64,000 nt of DNA from Eledone cirrhosa. Taxonomy: Eukaryota. Shown here piece after piece: positions 40,183 through 53,804 of the stretch. Where the stretch lies: positions 249,984,001-250,048,000 of the forward strand of contig OZ024742.1 in the NCBI GenBank assembly GCA_964016885.1, written 5' to 3'. Position 1 is the stretch's first letter. Every line of letters starts with the position of its first letter. The position numbers and the translations under genes were made by a program. The notes under the pieces are model-generated. The model did not search any database, had not been told where the DNA came from, and saw nothing but the letters and a program-made list of their open reading frames with translations.

Positions 40183-40800
40183 ATTCCCATGAAAGACAAC
40201 CTAAGATTTTGCCAGATTTTCAGAACCATCTGTCTGATTAACTATTCCAGCGAAAGTTATATTGAGCTAAATTAAAGGGCAGGCAGGAGAATTATTTGCA
40301 GAAGAACATGCAGGATTCACACAAAGGAGCTTTACAGTGGAGCAGATATATACCATCAGACTGATAACCGAGAAAGCTCAGCAACGCCAATGTATTATAA
40401 CATCATACAAGAAACTCTCCGAGACTTCTACATTTCCATTAACATGGGAGTAAAACCCATTTGCGGCTTGTGGTTTTCTCGTTGGCAGCATAAAAATGGA
40501 ACTCCAGGAGCTCACTACCAGATTAAAAACGACTGGTAGTGAGCTCCTGGAGATCAGCTCAAAGAAGTGCGAGCTTCTGGAAGCTTCTGTTTAATAATCA
40601 GAATACAGTAACCACCATCATACTGAATGAAGAACAAGTTGAAGAGGTGGACAACTCCAAATACCTCAGATCCAATTTGGTTTTGTACAGCAGCTATCCA
40701 ACGAAGATAATGAGAACTCCATTGGCTTTCCAATGGATTTAAACTGTGAATTCAGACCCTTTTTTATGTGAGAGAACTGGACTCTTCCAGCCGCCATTGA
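40183..40800 (+). mobile_element. Highly decayed RTE-type RT fragment
   Basis: AEEHAGFTQRSFTVEQIYTIRLITEKA and EEQVEEVDNSKYLRS. Confidence 0.65.
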
Positions 40801-40803
40801 ACG

Positions 40804-40912
<109 letters not shown>

Positions 40913-41261
40913 TCTCTCCCTCTCTCTCTCTGTCTCTCTCTCTATATATATATATCTCCCTCACTCCCGGTTACTTATATACATAAATGTGCTTTTCGTG
41001 TTTCCCTCTATTTTTTTTTCCATTTTTGTCCTTCTGTTTAATTTTTTTCTTTCTCCTTTTTTCCTCCAATAACTCCCAATAGTAATTGACGCACTGGAGC
41101 TAGACATATTGTCTTTAATGTGTTCATATGTGTTCATATTGTCTTTAATGTGTTCATAAAAAAATTGATGAAGGGATTGTCCACCATTTGTGCTTTCCTT
41201 TTAGTTTTAAATACACTTTATCAAGTAACCACATAACTCCCTGCCTCTTCAAATATATGTA

Positions 41262-41525
41262 TATAAATTACAGAATAATCAAAATTATGTTCAAAACATT
41301 TTGTTGCTGACAATCGTTTCTTCCAAACTTTCGTTTGATATCATCGGAGCACTAGCAAAGTTTAGACATATAATTAAACTTCTATTCCACAGAACAATGG
41401 AAAAGGAGGTTAATTATATGTTTCAGCTTTGCTAGTGCTCCGATGATTCCAAACGAAAGTTTGGAAGAAACGATTATCAGCAATAAAATGTTTTGTATAT
41501 AGTTTTGATTATTCTGTAATTTATA
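41262..41525. mobile_element. Inverted-repeat PLE fragment with HHR in both arms
   Basis: 41262-41380 vs 41408-41525 inverted; HHR 41436-41482 (+) TGCT-CCGAUGA-TTCCAAAC-GAAA-GTTTGGAA-GAAA-CGATTA-UC-AGCA; mirror copy 41305-41351 (-). Confidence 0.85.
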
Positions 41526-43126
41526 TTCCGGCTCTGTAAAACATCTGATGCATTTACATTGAGCTATTTTTCTTACTGGTAATAAGGTGGTAATGAATTA
41601 CTGACCTTTCCTGTTTATAATTATATATAGTGTATATATAAGTATAAATAATATTATTATTATGATACATATATATATATCTGCGTGTGTGTGTGTATGT
41701 GTGTGTATAATAAAATGTTGTAGTTTGATTCAAGCATTGTATATGATATATAATATGGAAAGATTAAACCTCAATACAGCTGTATATGGCTTTCGATATA
41801 TTTAATAGTGTACTCTATAATGCTCCGGCGTGTACCATTTACACATGTCGTTGATCGCTTCTTATTAACTATATCGAAAGCCATATGCAGTTGTATTGAG
41901 ATTTAATCTTTATGATACAGATTTCGCTGACGCCGATAAGTAGTTTTCTTCCTACCCATTCCACGGGTCAGATTATATACAAATATTTACACAATTTTAC
42001 ACATCAAAAAAATTATTTTTAGTACTTTCAAAAAATTCAAAAAATTCCTTCAAAAAACTAATTTTATGATACAAAGGACCGGCTGTATGTGTCATCGGTT
42101 CTATTCCAGCCGGCTCTTGTATGACCTCTAGCGCTGAGGTGGAAGTATGGGTCTGTCCCTCATCTTGCGTCACTTCCACTAGATGTCAAACATAGCAAGG
42201 GACTAGTTCTGAAACTATCCCGCCTTCCCTCCTCTCTCTAGCAGATACTCGTTGTTATAGTAATAGCGACAGATATATCACCTCGCTCCCCACTAGGTTA
42301 CTCGTCGGCAACACTACAAAACCATTAAGGTTCTGTGGGGTAGGAGGGGATTACTATGAAAGAGGGGTTGGAATATTATATGAAAAAAATATAAAATAAA
42401 TAAACTAAATTTAGGATTAAGTTAAATTAAGTGTATATACATAAAATAGATAAGTTTATATGTTAGCAAGTATATAAAGTAGTCATTATAATGTTTAATT
42501 GGGCTATAAGGTGTGGGAGCTCTCCTCCATCTCTTGGTCTTTACATAACTATAGCCCAGTGGAGTTAATTCACATGTCCAGAGACTCAACCAAAAGATTC
42601 ATGCATTCGGTGAGCGAAGCGTCAGAGTGGAATCTTTCAATTTAAAGGGAACATCCAGAGGGAGGCGCGGGTTGTCGGAATATTCCCCACAGCTTGCCGC
42701 AGATAGCAATGAAATCGATCAAGATCACTGGGCCAACGTGTTTTACCTAATCGATAAAAAGCTATTAGTGAGTGATATAAACAATTAAATAGGGTAGCCA
42801 TCAATAGTAAAGACTGACAATAAAAAAAATAAGGGTAAATTAAAGATAAATTAGATTAAATTATTGATATATTTGGAGAGCCTCATGTTGTCCCAATATT
42901 GCCAAAAAATAGTAAAACACACTCACTGTTTAGTTTAGTTTTCACTTCACTATATATTCATATTTTTATAAATAATTTAGCTGGTAATCAATGTTTATCA
43001 TTGATTGACCAACAGTTAAAAAATATAAATATGAATATTAATTCTCAGAGTTCTTTCGTTTCACATATTTGTGGCATCTTCAATGATTAACGCTGTGTTT
43101 CCTCCCGTGGTGCTTCAATAAAGTTT

Positions 43127-43160
<34 letters not shown>

Positions 43161-43555
43161 TTTCTCTGTTTGCGCATACGTTTGTGTATGTTTACAATAG
43201 TCTGGTGTGTGCTCGTGTGTATGTGTCTGAGTCTGTGTATGGTTATGTGTTTATATTCTATCTTTGATCACTAGTGTGTGTTTGTGTAAGGTTGCTGCTA
43301 TTCACTCACCTTTTCGCTATTAGGTGAAGGAAACATGCCGACAATGCACGCCTTACGCCAAACATTCTTTTTATATTGAAAGATTCCACTCTGAATCTTC
43401 GCTCCTCTAGTGCTGAATCTTCTCGGCTGGGGCTTTGGACGTGTGAATTTACCCCATGGGCTATAGTTAAGCATAGACCAAGAGATAGAACTTGCTGTCG
43501 AAACAGCAAGAGTTCATCCGTCGGGCCCCGACACTCTAATATATATATATACACT

Positions 43556-43624
<69 letters not shown>

Positions 43625-43918
43625 GCATACTCATAATATATATATATGTGTGTGGGGGTGTTTGTGTCTGGGTGTGTGGGTGCGTGTGTACCAGTTAGGG
43701 AAGGAAAGTTCGAAGAGTCGCTTTCCTTTGTCTTCTACAGTATCAGCTTCACATCTGAAAAGAGGGTATTTATCTACCGCATTGTACCGGCTTTTGAAAA
43801 TTATCGTCTTTTATTACATACCGCATAATGCATCGTATTAATTACACTACTCTCTCTCTCACTCCCTTTCTCTCTCTATCTATCTCTATTGCTTTCTCTC
43901 CCTCTCCCTTTATATATA

Positions 43919-43979
<61 letters not shown>

Positions 43980-44404
43980 GGTGCCCCAGCATGGCCTCAG
44001 CCGGATGGCTGAAACAGGTAAAAGAGAATATATATATATACGTATGTGTCTATATATATATATATATACGTATGTGTGTATAAACTGGCATAGTAACCGT
44101 CAAAATGATGAGGGATTTAGGGTAAAAAAATCTTTAAGTTAAACATTCCTTGATTATGTCATGATACGTAAATCTTCGATTATCTAGTTGTTGCTGTATT
44201 TCATTTTATATATATGCATCATCACGATTCAAATATATGAAAGTTTATATAAGCGATGTGATGAGTGTTATGATATAACGGACGCTAACCGGAAGTGTTG
44301 ACATTTGAAAATGCTATAGAAGTGAATGTTAAAATAGGCAATACTTTATATATAAGAATATTTTTGTTTAATTAAGAGCTACGAAATTTAGTAGATAAAT
44401 TACG

Positions 44405-45212
44405 GGGGATGGCGGTATCGGTAGAGGGTTGGACGCCATGCTTTGACGCATAGAGTTACGGCCCTTGCCATTCTGAGTTCAAATCCCGCCACGCTTAACT
44501 TTGCCTTTCATCCTTACGGGGTCGATAAAATAAAGTACTAGTAATACACTGGGTAATTGCATTTATACTTTTATAGGTACACCCAAACTTTGGCTGATAT
44601 AGATGTACAATGTATACATGCCTGTACATACAATATATTGCCATATACACCATGTGTACTACATATGAATGTATATATGTCTCATATATATAATCAGTTA
44701 AATAAAATAAAAAAGTATTTAAAAATGAAGCAGGTTTAGCATATTATTTTAACTACATTTGATAATCTGAATAAAAATATTAAAGATAATCAAAGTAATA
44801 CTCCAATCGAAATATTTTCACCAACGGTTTTATTATGTAGCGGTGTTAGGGCGCTCAATTGGCAGTTTCGGTAGAGTCGCACACCATGCTTTGCAGCATA
44901 GAATAAAGTTCATTTATGGTCTGAGTTCAACTTTTCCGAGCTTAACTATGCCTTTCACCCTTATGGGGTCGATAAAATAAAGCACCAGTAACATGCTCGG
45001 GTCGATTAAATCGACTTTCTCCTCCCCCCAAATTACTAGCCTTACTAGAAGAGTCGGACACAATGCTTTGAAGCAGAGTTACGTCCCTTTATGATCTAAG
45101 TTCAAATCCCGCCGAGGTTAACTTTGCCTTTCATCCTTACGGGGTCGATAAAATAAAGTACCAGTAATGCACTGGGATAATTGCTGGCCTTGTGCCAAAA
45201 GTAGAAACAATT
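44405..45212 (+). mobile_element. Cluster of three SINE family A copies (44405-44558, 44848-45045, 45048-45212)
   Basis: Three GAGTTCAA/AAGTTCAA...GGGGTCGATAAAATAAAG cores. Confidence 0.85.
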
Positions 45213-45765
45213 ATAGTGTTTTATCAATGGCTAATAATAGAGAGAGAGATTATATTTGATAAACGATTTATATCGCTCTGATTGTCGACAAATATTCGTT
45301 GTTTTCACTCCTTCCTTGTGTATAGAACACAAAATATCACTGGTGAAACAAAATAGCTGTACATTTGCAAAAATGTGACAGAAATTTAGATTCTTTTCAT
45401 AAGTAGGTGGAGACGAAAATAATATGGTTATCGCGATACAAGAGAAGTAACCATAACAGAAATACTTCATACCTTTCTATGTTATATATTTCTTTTAGTA
45501 TCATTCTTCTATTATGTCGTGTATTTATGGTATTTCAAATTATCTCTGTTGTTGATCGTTTTCTTAACGTATTCATAATATCATTGCTGTCCTTAAAACA
45601 TTGTTGCATTCCCCCGTTTTACAAATAATGTGTCTTTGCATGTGTATTCAGGCAACGATGTCTTCAAACAAGACATATTTGAAACTGCCAAAAATTTTAA
45701 TAACAGAGGTGTGTTCAAAGATGTTAATTTACTGAAATATCTTCGTGTCATTTCATTTCATCAGA

Positions 45766-45835
<70 letters not shown>

Positions 45836-46235
45836 GGGGAGAGGGGGTGCGCATGTATGCATGTGTGTATATATATATACTTATTTTTATATATATATAC
45901 ATATATATATATGATGGCTGCCCCCTCATTATCAAGTATGGCCATTGCACAAGAAAAAAAATAATAAATAAATAAAATAAAATAAAAAAAATAAAATAAT
46001 AATAATAATAACGCTTCAAAAGGCATGCTTGCTTGGAACAGCAAGAACCCTCCGATACGTCCTGAATATCTGAGGCTGCAGGTAGTGGCTTGATATTCAT
46101 TCCAACGGACTTTCTAGTTAACCAACATCAATGACTGAGATTCAAGGAATAACAACAATAATAATAATAATAATAAATAAATTTAAAAAAAAAAAAAAAA
46201 AGGAAAAGAAATATATATATATATATATATATATA

Positions 46236-46428
46236 TAACGAAGGAAATGTGGTAAGGAACCAGGTGGACCATAACGCACCAAAGTACTCAATACTTGAGG
46301 TAGTAGAGTGGGTAATAGGAACCAGTAAGACCCCGACAGCTGAGCTCAAGCCGTTTCGACGGCTAATTCTGAGAATTAGCCGTCGAAACGGCTTGAGCTC
46401 AGCTGTCGGGGTCTTACTGGTTCCTATA
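46236..46428 (-). mobile_element. Fold-back PLE terminal fragment (family P), copy 3
   Basis: Perfect palindrome about 46315-46427 centred at 46371, plus shared tail ending TTCGTTAT in (TA)n. Confidence 0.85.
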
Positions 46429-46524
46429 TATATATCTATATATATACATACATATACATACATACATATACATACACACATACATACACATACACTCACA
46501 CATATATACACATACATTAATAAC

Positions 46525-46571
<47 letters not shown>

Positions 46572-46662
46572 TAATAATAATAACGACAACAACAATAATA
46601 ATATACATATTCATATATATATACACACACACGCACGCACATAAGCATATCTACACACACAC

Positions 46663-46694
<32 letters not shown>

Positions 46695-49600
46695 GATAGC
46701 AACTAACAGTGCTGCGATCGAATGTGGCTTTTTTTAGCCCAGCCAATGATCTAAAATGTCTTGCACAGAGTCGGCAACCAAAACATTTACTGGGAATAGT
46801 CGGCTGTGGTTGGAGTTCGTGTACTTTTGCATGTCGCTTGAGCCCTCCTGCTGATTTACATTCTCTACCACATGTTTGGCAAGCATGATGAGTAGCATCT
46901 CCAACAGCAGCCTGGTAGTCACCACTGGTCTTACTTTATGACTGCGAAGATGACTTTCGAGTCCAGCTTTGCTTAGGCAGAGTCTCGCACAGACGCTGCA
47001 TGTCAGAACCATAGGAGGACCCTCGCCGTCTGGAAGTGCAACAGCAATGCCCTTCCTCACGTCCCGCTTTACTTTCTCGTGTGCGATTCGAGATGCCTCA
47101 AAGGCAACTTTTCCCTCATATACAGTCTTTCTCCATTTATTACGATCAGCAGCAATATTTTCCCATGTATCAGCAGAGATGTTAGCGTCTTTCAGAGAGG
47201 CTTTCAAGGAATCCTTATACCTCTTTTTTGGTTTATGTGGCGGTCGTTTTCCTTTAACCAACTCTCCATAGAAGAGTTGTTTTGGTATTCTAGAATCCTT
47301 CATCCTGGAAAGGTGACCACTCCAACGGAGTCGCTGCTTAGGCACAAGAGCTTCTATACTGTCACACATAGAGCTTTCTAAAATCTCGACATCACTGATG
47401 TGGTCCCTCCAGTGAACGCCATGGATCCGTCTGAGACACATCTGATGGAAACGCTCCAATTGCTTAAGGTGGCGTCGATATGTGACCCAGGTCTCGCAGG
47501 CATAAAGAAGACAAGAGAGCACACATGCCCTGTACACCTTTACCTTTGTCCTCCTGCATATGTCTCGCCGACCCCAGAGTCGCCTTTCTAGCTTTCCGAA
47601 AGCATCACTTGCTTTCCTAATCGTAAGTGAGATTTCACCGTCAAGGTTGCCGTATCGATTGACACTGCTTCCCAGGTAGACAAACTGATCAACCACTCCA
47701 AGTCGTTTGCCATACACATAGATGTTTGGTTCAGTGTACTGCTTACCAGGGCAGGTTGGTACATGACGACGGTTTTCTTGAGACTGACAGTCAAACCCAG
47801 GGCAGTGCAAGCGTCAGAAAATACATTCAAAATGTGCTGCATATCACTCTCTGTGTGCGCTAGAAGATCGCAATCATCTGCATACAAGAGGTCTCTTATG
47901 ACTGATGTAAATACTTTTGTCTTCGCAGCAAAGCGCCTGATGTTAAATATGCTGCCTGAGGTTCGATATCGGATGTAAACACCATGCTCGCAATTCCTGA
48001 ATGCAATACAGAAAACCATTGCAAAGTATATGGCAAACAGGGTCGGTGCTGGAATATCCCCCTGTTTCACTCCATTTTTTACTGAGATAGGCTCCGACAT
48101 GTTACCTCCGACATTAACCCAAGCCTTCATGTCGTCATGGAAAGACCTAACTAAAGCAAGGAACTTATCAGGGCAACCAAGTTTCTGGAGAACCTTCCAT
48201 AATGCATCTCTGTTGACAGTATCGAAAGCCTTTGTCAGATCGACAAAAACCTGATACAGATCCAAGCCCTGTTCAATGCACTTCTCCTGGAGCTGTCTAG
48301 CTGAGAAGATCATATCAGTAGTGCCGCGTCCAGCACGAAAACCAGATTGACTTTCAGGAAGGACACAATCTGCAATGTGTGTCAGCAGACGGTCCAGAAG
48401 CACCCTACATAAAACTTTCCCCACGACAGAAAGCAATGATATACCTCTGTAGTTCCCACAATCATTCCTGTTACCCTTTCCCTTGTACAAGACCACCATT
48501 ACTGCATCTCTCCAGTCCTCAGGCACGGATTCATTAGCCCATATCCTTCCAAACAGAGAGTGAAGATGTTGCAGGAGTCTCTCACCACCATATTGTAGGA
48601 GCTCAGCATGTATGCCATCCATACCTGGAGATCTTCCACTGTTCAGCTTCGAAATAGCCACTGCAACCTCCACAAGCGTCGGAGGTTCTGCGAGAGCTAC
48701 TTTCACAGGACTTTCCGGAATGAGATTGAGGAAATCTTCACTGACGACAGACGGCTGATTCAAAAGATCATCAAAGTGCTCTCGCCACCTTCGTAGAATT
48801 CCCTGTGAGTTACGAAGAAGTTCTTTGCCATCCTTGCTGCGAATCGGTGTCACCAGAGAAGAAGACGGTCCATAAACCTCACGCAAGAGACTGTACAACA
48901 GCTTTGTGTTATTGCAATCAGACGCAGTTTGTATCTCATCAGCCTTCTCACTCCACCACTGATCCTTCATCTGAGAAAGACTCCGCCTAACACGTGATTT
49001 TACATCCCTGAGCTCCTCATGCAACGTATTCCTCTCCTGTGGTTTTGCCGTCAAGTAGCGTGACAGAGCACGCCTCTTATCAGCCAACAAGTCTTCTATA
49101 TGCACATCATTCTCATTAAACCAGTCCTGATGTTTTCTCTGCACCAATCCCAGAACACGTCTGCCTACATCATAAACCGACTTTTTAAGGGTCGGCCAAT
49201 CCTCACCAAGATCTACAGCCTGCATCTCTTCTTCCAATGTCCTCTTCACATTTTTATCCTTAAGACGAGCAGCATTCAATCTTTTGGGCAGGGTAACACC
49301 AGGAGCCCGGATTTTGCGTTTGGTGATTAGATTCACTTTTGCGCGTACCAGGCGGTGGTCCGTCCAGCACTCAGCTCCACGAAGAACACGAACACACTGC
49401 ACATCCTGTCTGTCACGCATCCTGACTAGGACGTAGTCCAAAAGATGCCATTCCTTAGATGCAGGATGCATCCATGTGGTCTTGAATTTGTTCTTTTGTT
49501 GGAACATGGTGTTGGTAACACACAGATCCAGCTCCTCACACATCTGCAGCAAGAGCATACCATTGCTGTTACACTTTCCCACCCCATGCCTTCCGATTAC

Positions 49601-50284
49601 ATTCCATGTGTTAAAATCCCTACCCACTCTAGCATTAAAGTCACCAAGCACGATGACTTTGTCTGCCTGAGGGATATTTCTTAGAACACCTTTCAAGGCA
49701 TGGTAAAAGGACAGTTTTTCTTCATCGACAGAATTCATAGTTGGAGCATACACACTCACCAGGGTAGCATATCTTCCCTTGTCCAGCGGAACTCTCATGG
49801 ACATAAGACGCTCACTAATCCCTACTGGGAATTCTTCTAATTTATTCACCAGTACAGTCTTAACAGCAAATCCTACCCCAGCCTCTCTTCTGGTTCCTTC
49901 ATCTCTTCCTTTCCAGAAGAATGTATATTCTCCACAAAATTCTGTAAGATGACCATCTCCAGCTAACCTCGTCTCAGATAAAGCCACGATGTCAAGATCG
50001 TAACGTCGAAGCTCCTTTGCAACAAGAGCGGTCCTTCGTTCAGGACGCTCCAAAGAATCCCTGTCAAGCAGCGTCCGTACGTTCCAGTAGCCAAGACTAA
50101 ATGTCCTGTTTGGCTCTATTACAATGGTACGATGACGGGCGGGCCCAGGTTGTGATAACTTGGGGCCCCTGCCCTTATTGCCAATGATCTTTTTTGTTCC
50201 AGAACCCAAATTGGCAATTATCTCGTTTACATTGTTCTGGAACATCATTGAATTGGGAAAAAAAAAAAAAAAAAAGTAATAATA

Positions 50285-50326
<42 letters not shown>

Positions 50327-50631
50327 GTACACTATTAATAATTATTAATGCACTCGTGCAATGCCTGTGCGTGACGAATATTTTTAAAGTGAGGAAAGAC
50401 TGTGCACTGAGCCAATCCCACTCTCTGAGCGACAGTAGCTATAACCCGAAAAGAAGAAAAGATCAACATCATCGGTAACTACTGAGCCGCAGGTTTTATA
50501 TCGGAGTTAACCCAGTTTCCTGAGATGCCTTCTCCTAGAAGAATACCCTGACAAGGGCTAGGGGTTCTTCACTCCCAGTGGTTTAACTGCGCGATCGGGC
50601 ATCCAGCCCGATTATTTCTATGTCCCCGCGC
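46695..50631 (-). mobile_element. RTE-clade (BovB-like) LINE, near full length
   Basis: 5'UTR with CTAGGAGAAGG motif, single APE-RT ORF, short 3'UTR into (GT)n tail. Confidence 0.95.
46703..50248 (-). CDS. RTE APE endonuclease-reverse transcriptase with 3 C-terminal C2H2 fingers (2 frameshifts, near 47750 and 46915)
   Basis: WNVRTL, ALSETR, SVYAPT, GDFNAR, WHLLDY, TDHRLV (APE); NYRGISLL, QSGFR, DLTKAFD, GVKQGD, LLYADD, YLGS (RT); fingers CSVC..HLRSH, CQTC..HAKVH, CRLC..HIRSQH then TAG. Confidence 0.93.
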
Positions 50632-50821
50632 AAAAAAAAAAAAAAAAAAAAAAAGATCACTTATTGACACTTATACGTACGACATACACACACACGCATA
50701 CATATGCGCGCACACAGCAACACTCATACATACAACAAACACACACACACGCTACTCTACTCACTTACACGCACACACACATATATATATATATATATTA
50801 CCGTCATTACTGATACAAGAT

Positions 50822-50994
50822 GGGTATCGGAAGAGGGTTGGATGCCATGCTTTGATGCATAGAGTTACGGCCCTTGCCATTCTGAGTTCAAATCCCGCCG
50901 AGGTTAACTTTGCCTTTCATCCTTACGGGGTCGATAAAATAAAGTACCAGTAATGCACTGGGTAATTGCTGGCCTTGTGCCAAAAGTAGAAACA
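50822..50994 (+). mobile_element. SINE family A with 16-bp TSD
   Basis: ATTACTGATACAAGAT at 50806-50821 and 50995-51010. Confidence 0.92.
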
Positions 50995-52021
50995 ATTACT
51001 GATACAAGATTACAAGATTATGTCAACTGTTGACTTTCAAGAGTTTGTATAGTTGAAGCCGATCGTATTACAGTCCAGTATTACTATAATTGCTTTACAG
51101 CATAGAGTTATGGCTCTCCACGGAGTCAACAAAAGAGAGTACCAGTGATGCGCTGGCCAGTCGCTGGATCCGTGCCAAAAGCAGAAAAAATTATTATTAA
51201 AGTTGTTCTTAAGGCCAGGTCGCTGGTGATGGTGATGGCGGCGGCGGTGGCGGTGGTGGTGGCAGTTGATGTTGTTGTTGTGTTGTGTGTGTGTGTGTGT
51301 GTGTGTGTGTTTTGTTATTTTGAGTTTTTTTTTTTTCCTTTCTTTCTTTTTTTTTTTTTTTTTCCCCCTTCCCTTTTCTTTTTTCTTTTCCCTTCCTTTT
51401 TTTATGTTTTGATGCCGCTATTGTTGTTGTTGTTGTAATTGTTGTAAATCTTCATTTCAGTTCATTCTGAAGCTGTTGTTGCTGTAAACATTAGTGCCGG
51501 TTTTGTTGTTGTTGTAGATGTTGGGGTTGAAATCTGGTTGTTTGACTGAGTGATGTATATACACACATATACATACACACACATATATATATATACATTC
51601 AACGGAGAGTAGAGAGTTTGACAACAGGTCGATGACTTTAGTCTCGATAGGGTATAGTATGGTAATGACATGTGATGGTGGGGAGAGGGTGTAGACGTTA
51701 TTGTGGTGGTGGGGACAGTGAGATGTATCTAGTTCATTTGACCGTTTTCTTCTCTTAGCAAAATTTGAATTCTAGCCATGTTATATTGAGATGTAAGTAA
51801 ATGTAAAATATAAATAAGGATTGCTCTGCTAAAATATACTAAAATATTTGTGTAACTTCCACAAACTTCTGTCGTGACATTCCCGAGTCCAGTGACCAAA
51901 AAATTGTTGTATTTTGATGTTTCAGAATACAAAAATTAATTAAAAAACTTACCCCACGAAGAGACAGCGTGTGTTGTCCTATCTATAAGCTCCCTCAACA
52001 TATATATATACATACATACAT

Positions 52022-52066
<45 letters not shown>

Positions 52067-52189
52067 GGAAAATATTGATGCAATTCAATTCAAGCAGTCA
52101 ACGTACTTTTTCCACATAGGAGTGACGGAGTAAATATCGAATAAGGAAAAGCGAAGTAGTTTCAGATGTTCAAGTCCTTTAATAATAAT

Positions 52190-52263
52190 GCTGTGATATA
52201 TATTTCAGTGACGACACTGGCCACACTGTTCTGTGTGCGAGTGTCGTGTCATCATCAGACAGC
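52190..52263 (-). ncRNA. Type I hammerhead ribozyme, repeat 1
   Basis: GCUGU-CUGAUGA-[ACGACACU...AGUGUCGU stem II]-GAAA-UAUAUA-UC-ACAGC. Confidence 0.8.
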
Positions 52264-53500
52264 TTGTTACATAATAAGGTTATGTTTCCGAGGCAATCCA
52301 AATTGGATCGACATGGGAACGGATGAATTGCGTGTTTTGGGGTTTTTCATCCGCTCCCTTGTGAGTACCAATTCACCCCCACCGGCCTGCGCAAGCGCAT
52401 GTCCGAAGGAAGTTGACCATTAGACACCACAGACTTCAACGAAATTTGCTTAGTCAGTTCACCCTGTCAGCCAAAACAATGGCCCACCAATGCCTGTACC
52501 GTGTTTTACTGCTACCCATCACGGCTGTGGCAGTCAGCCGAGAGCCAGAGGGGATGGGAGAGTGTTAGTTTTTACAGGTCATAATACTACCCCTCACTAA
52601 GCGTTGACGGTACGACTGACCATCACCTTATAAGAGAAAATAAACTTATTCTAGGTATCATGGTTTTACGTTGGAAGTTAAGAGTGAGAGTTGGAAACAA
52701 AAATTAAAATCCTAAATCAAACATCAGAAATTATAAATTAAACAATTAAGAAATTAACAATTAGAAATTAAAGAATTAAAAAAAGAATTAAAAAAATTCT
52801 TTTCAGGTGATAATTCGGATTGAGGTGAGTAAAAATATAGACTGAAGTGAGTAAATAATATGGAGAGAGATGTTTAAGTAATATGTTCTGAGAGGGATTC
52901 TAGTGTCACAGTTACTCTATCCACATATTGAACGACAGTGCCGTACATTATAACTACAGGGCTCCAGGCATTAGTTAATCTGGTACACAGTCCTAATTTC
53001 CATCACATGGAACAAAATCAAAGAAAAACAGACATAAAGTACACAAATGAAAAGGGCAGAACCAATAGTGAATAAATGCAAAAACACAGAGTACATATAT
53101 GCAAAATGATCCATATGATTGTCCATCTGCCCATGCATAGATTGAATTGAGGGGGCCTCTGTTCAAATGCGATTTGATGCAGGAAAATAGGGGTTTATCC
53201 TATTATTTGTTTCCGCGTATTTATCCTGCCGAAAGTTACTATTATGTCCGTCCAGTGTAAGCGGTTTCCATCCCCATGGTAGAGGGAATTTCCGGGGTAG
53301 CTTATGGTTGGGTCCTCTCCTCTCCACCATATCGGTTACAACGTAAAGCGCTCAACTAATTGGAACTAAATTATTAGGGTAAACATTGATGTAATTCAAT
53401 TCAAGCACTCAACGTACTTTTTCCACATAGGAGTGACGGAGTAAATATCGAATAAGGAAAAGCGAAGTAGTTTCAGATGTTCAAGTCCTTTAATAATAAT

Positions 53501-53574
53501 GCTGTGATATATATTTCAGTGACGACACTGACCACACTGTTCTCTGTGCGAGTGTCGTGTCATCATCAGACAGC
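53501..53574 (-). ncRNA. Type I hammerhead ribozyme, repeat 2
   Basis: Same core and stems as 52190-52263; differences only in distal stem II. Confidence 0.8.
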
Positions 53575-53804
53575 TTGGTACATAATAAGGTTATGTTTCC
53601 GAGGCAATCCAAATTGGATCGACATGGGAACGGATGAATTGCGTGTTTTGGGGTTTTTCATCCGCTCCCTTGTGAGTACCAATTCACCCCCACCGGCCTG
53701 CGCAAGCGCATGTCCGAAGGAAGTTGACCATTAGCCACCGCAAACTTCAACGAAATTTGCTTAGTCAGTTCACCCTGTCAGCCAAAACAATGGCCCACCT
53801 TATT

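Noticed and set aside
50249-50332. Poly-Tyr/Phe N-terminus of the 914-aa ORF
   Set aside because: (TTA)n + T-run microsatellite inside the RTE leader; the likely start is the ATG at 50248 or 50245
50520-50631. HDV-like or twister ribozyme at the RTE 5' end
   Set aside because: Only a simple hairpin (ATCGGGC/GCCCGAT) is visible; I could not assign the required pseudoknots
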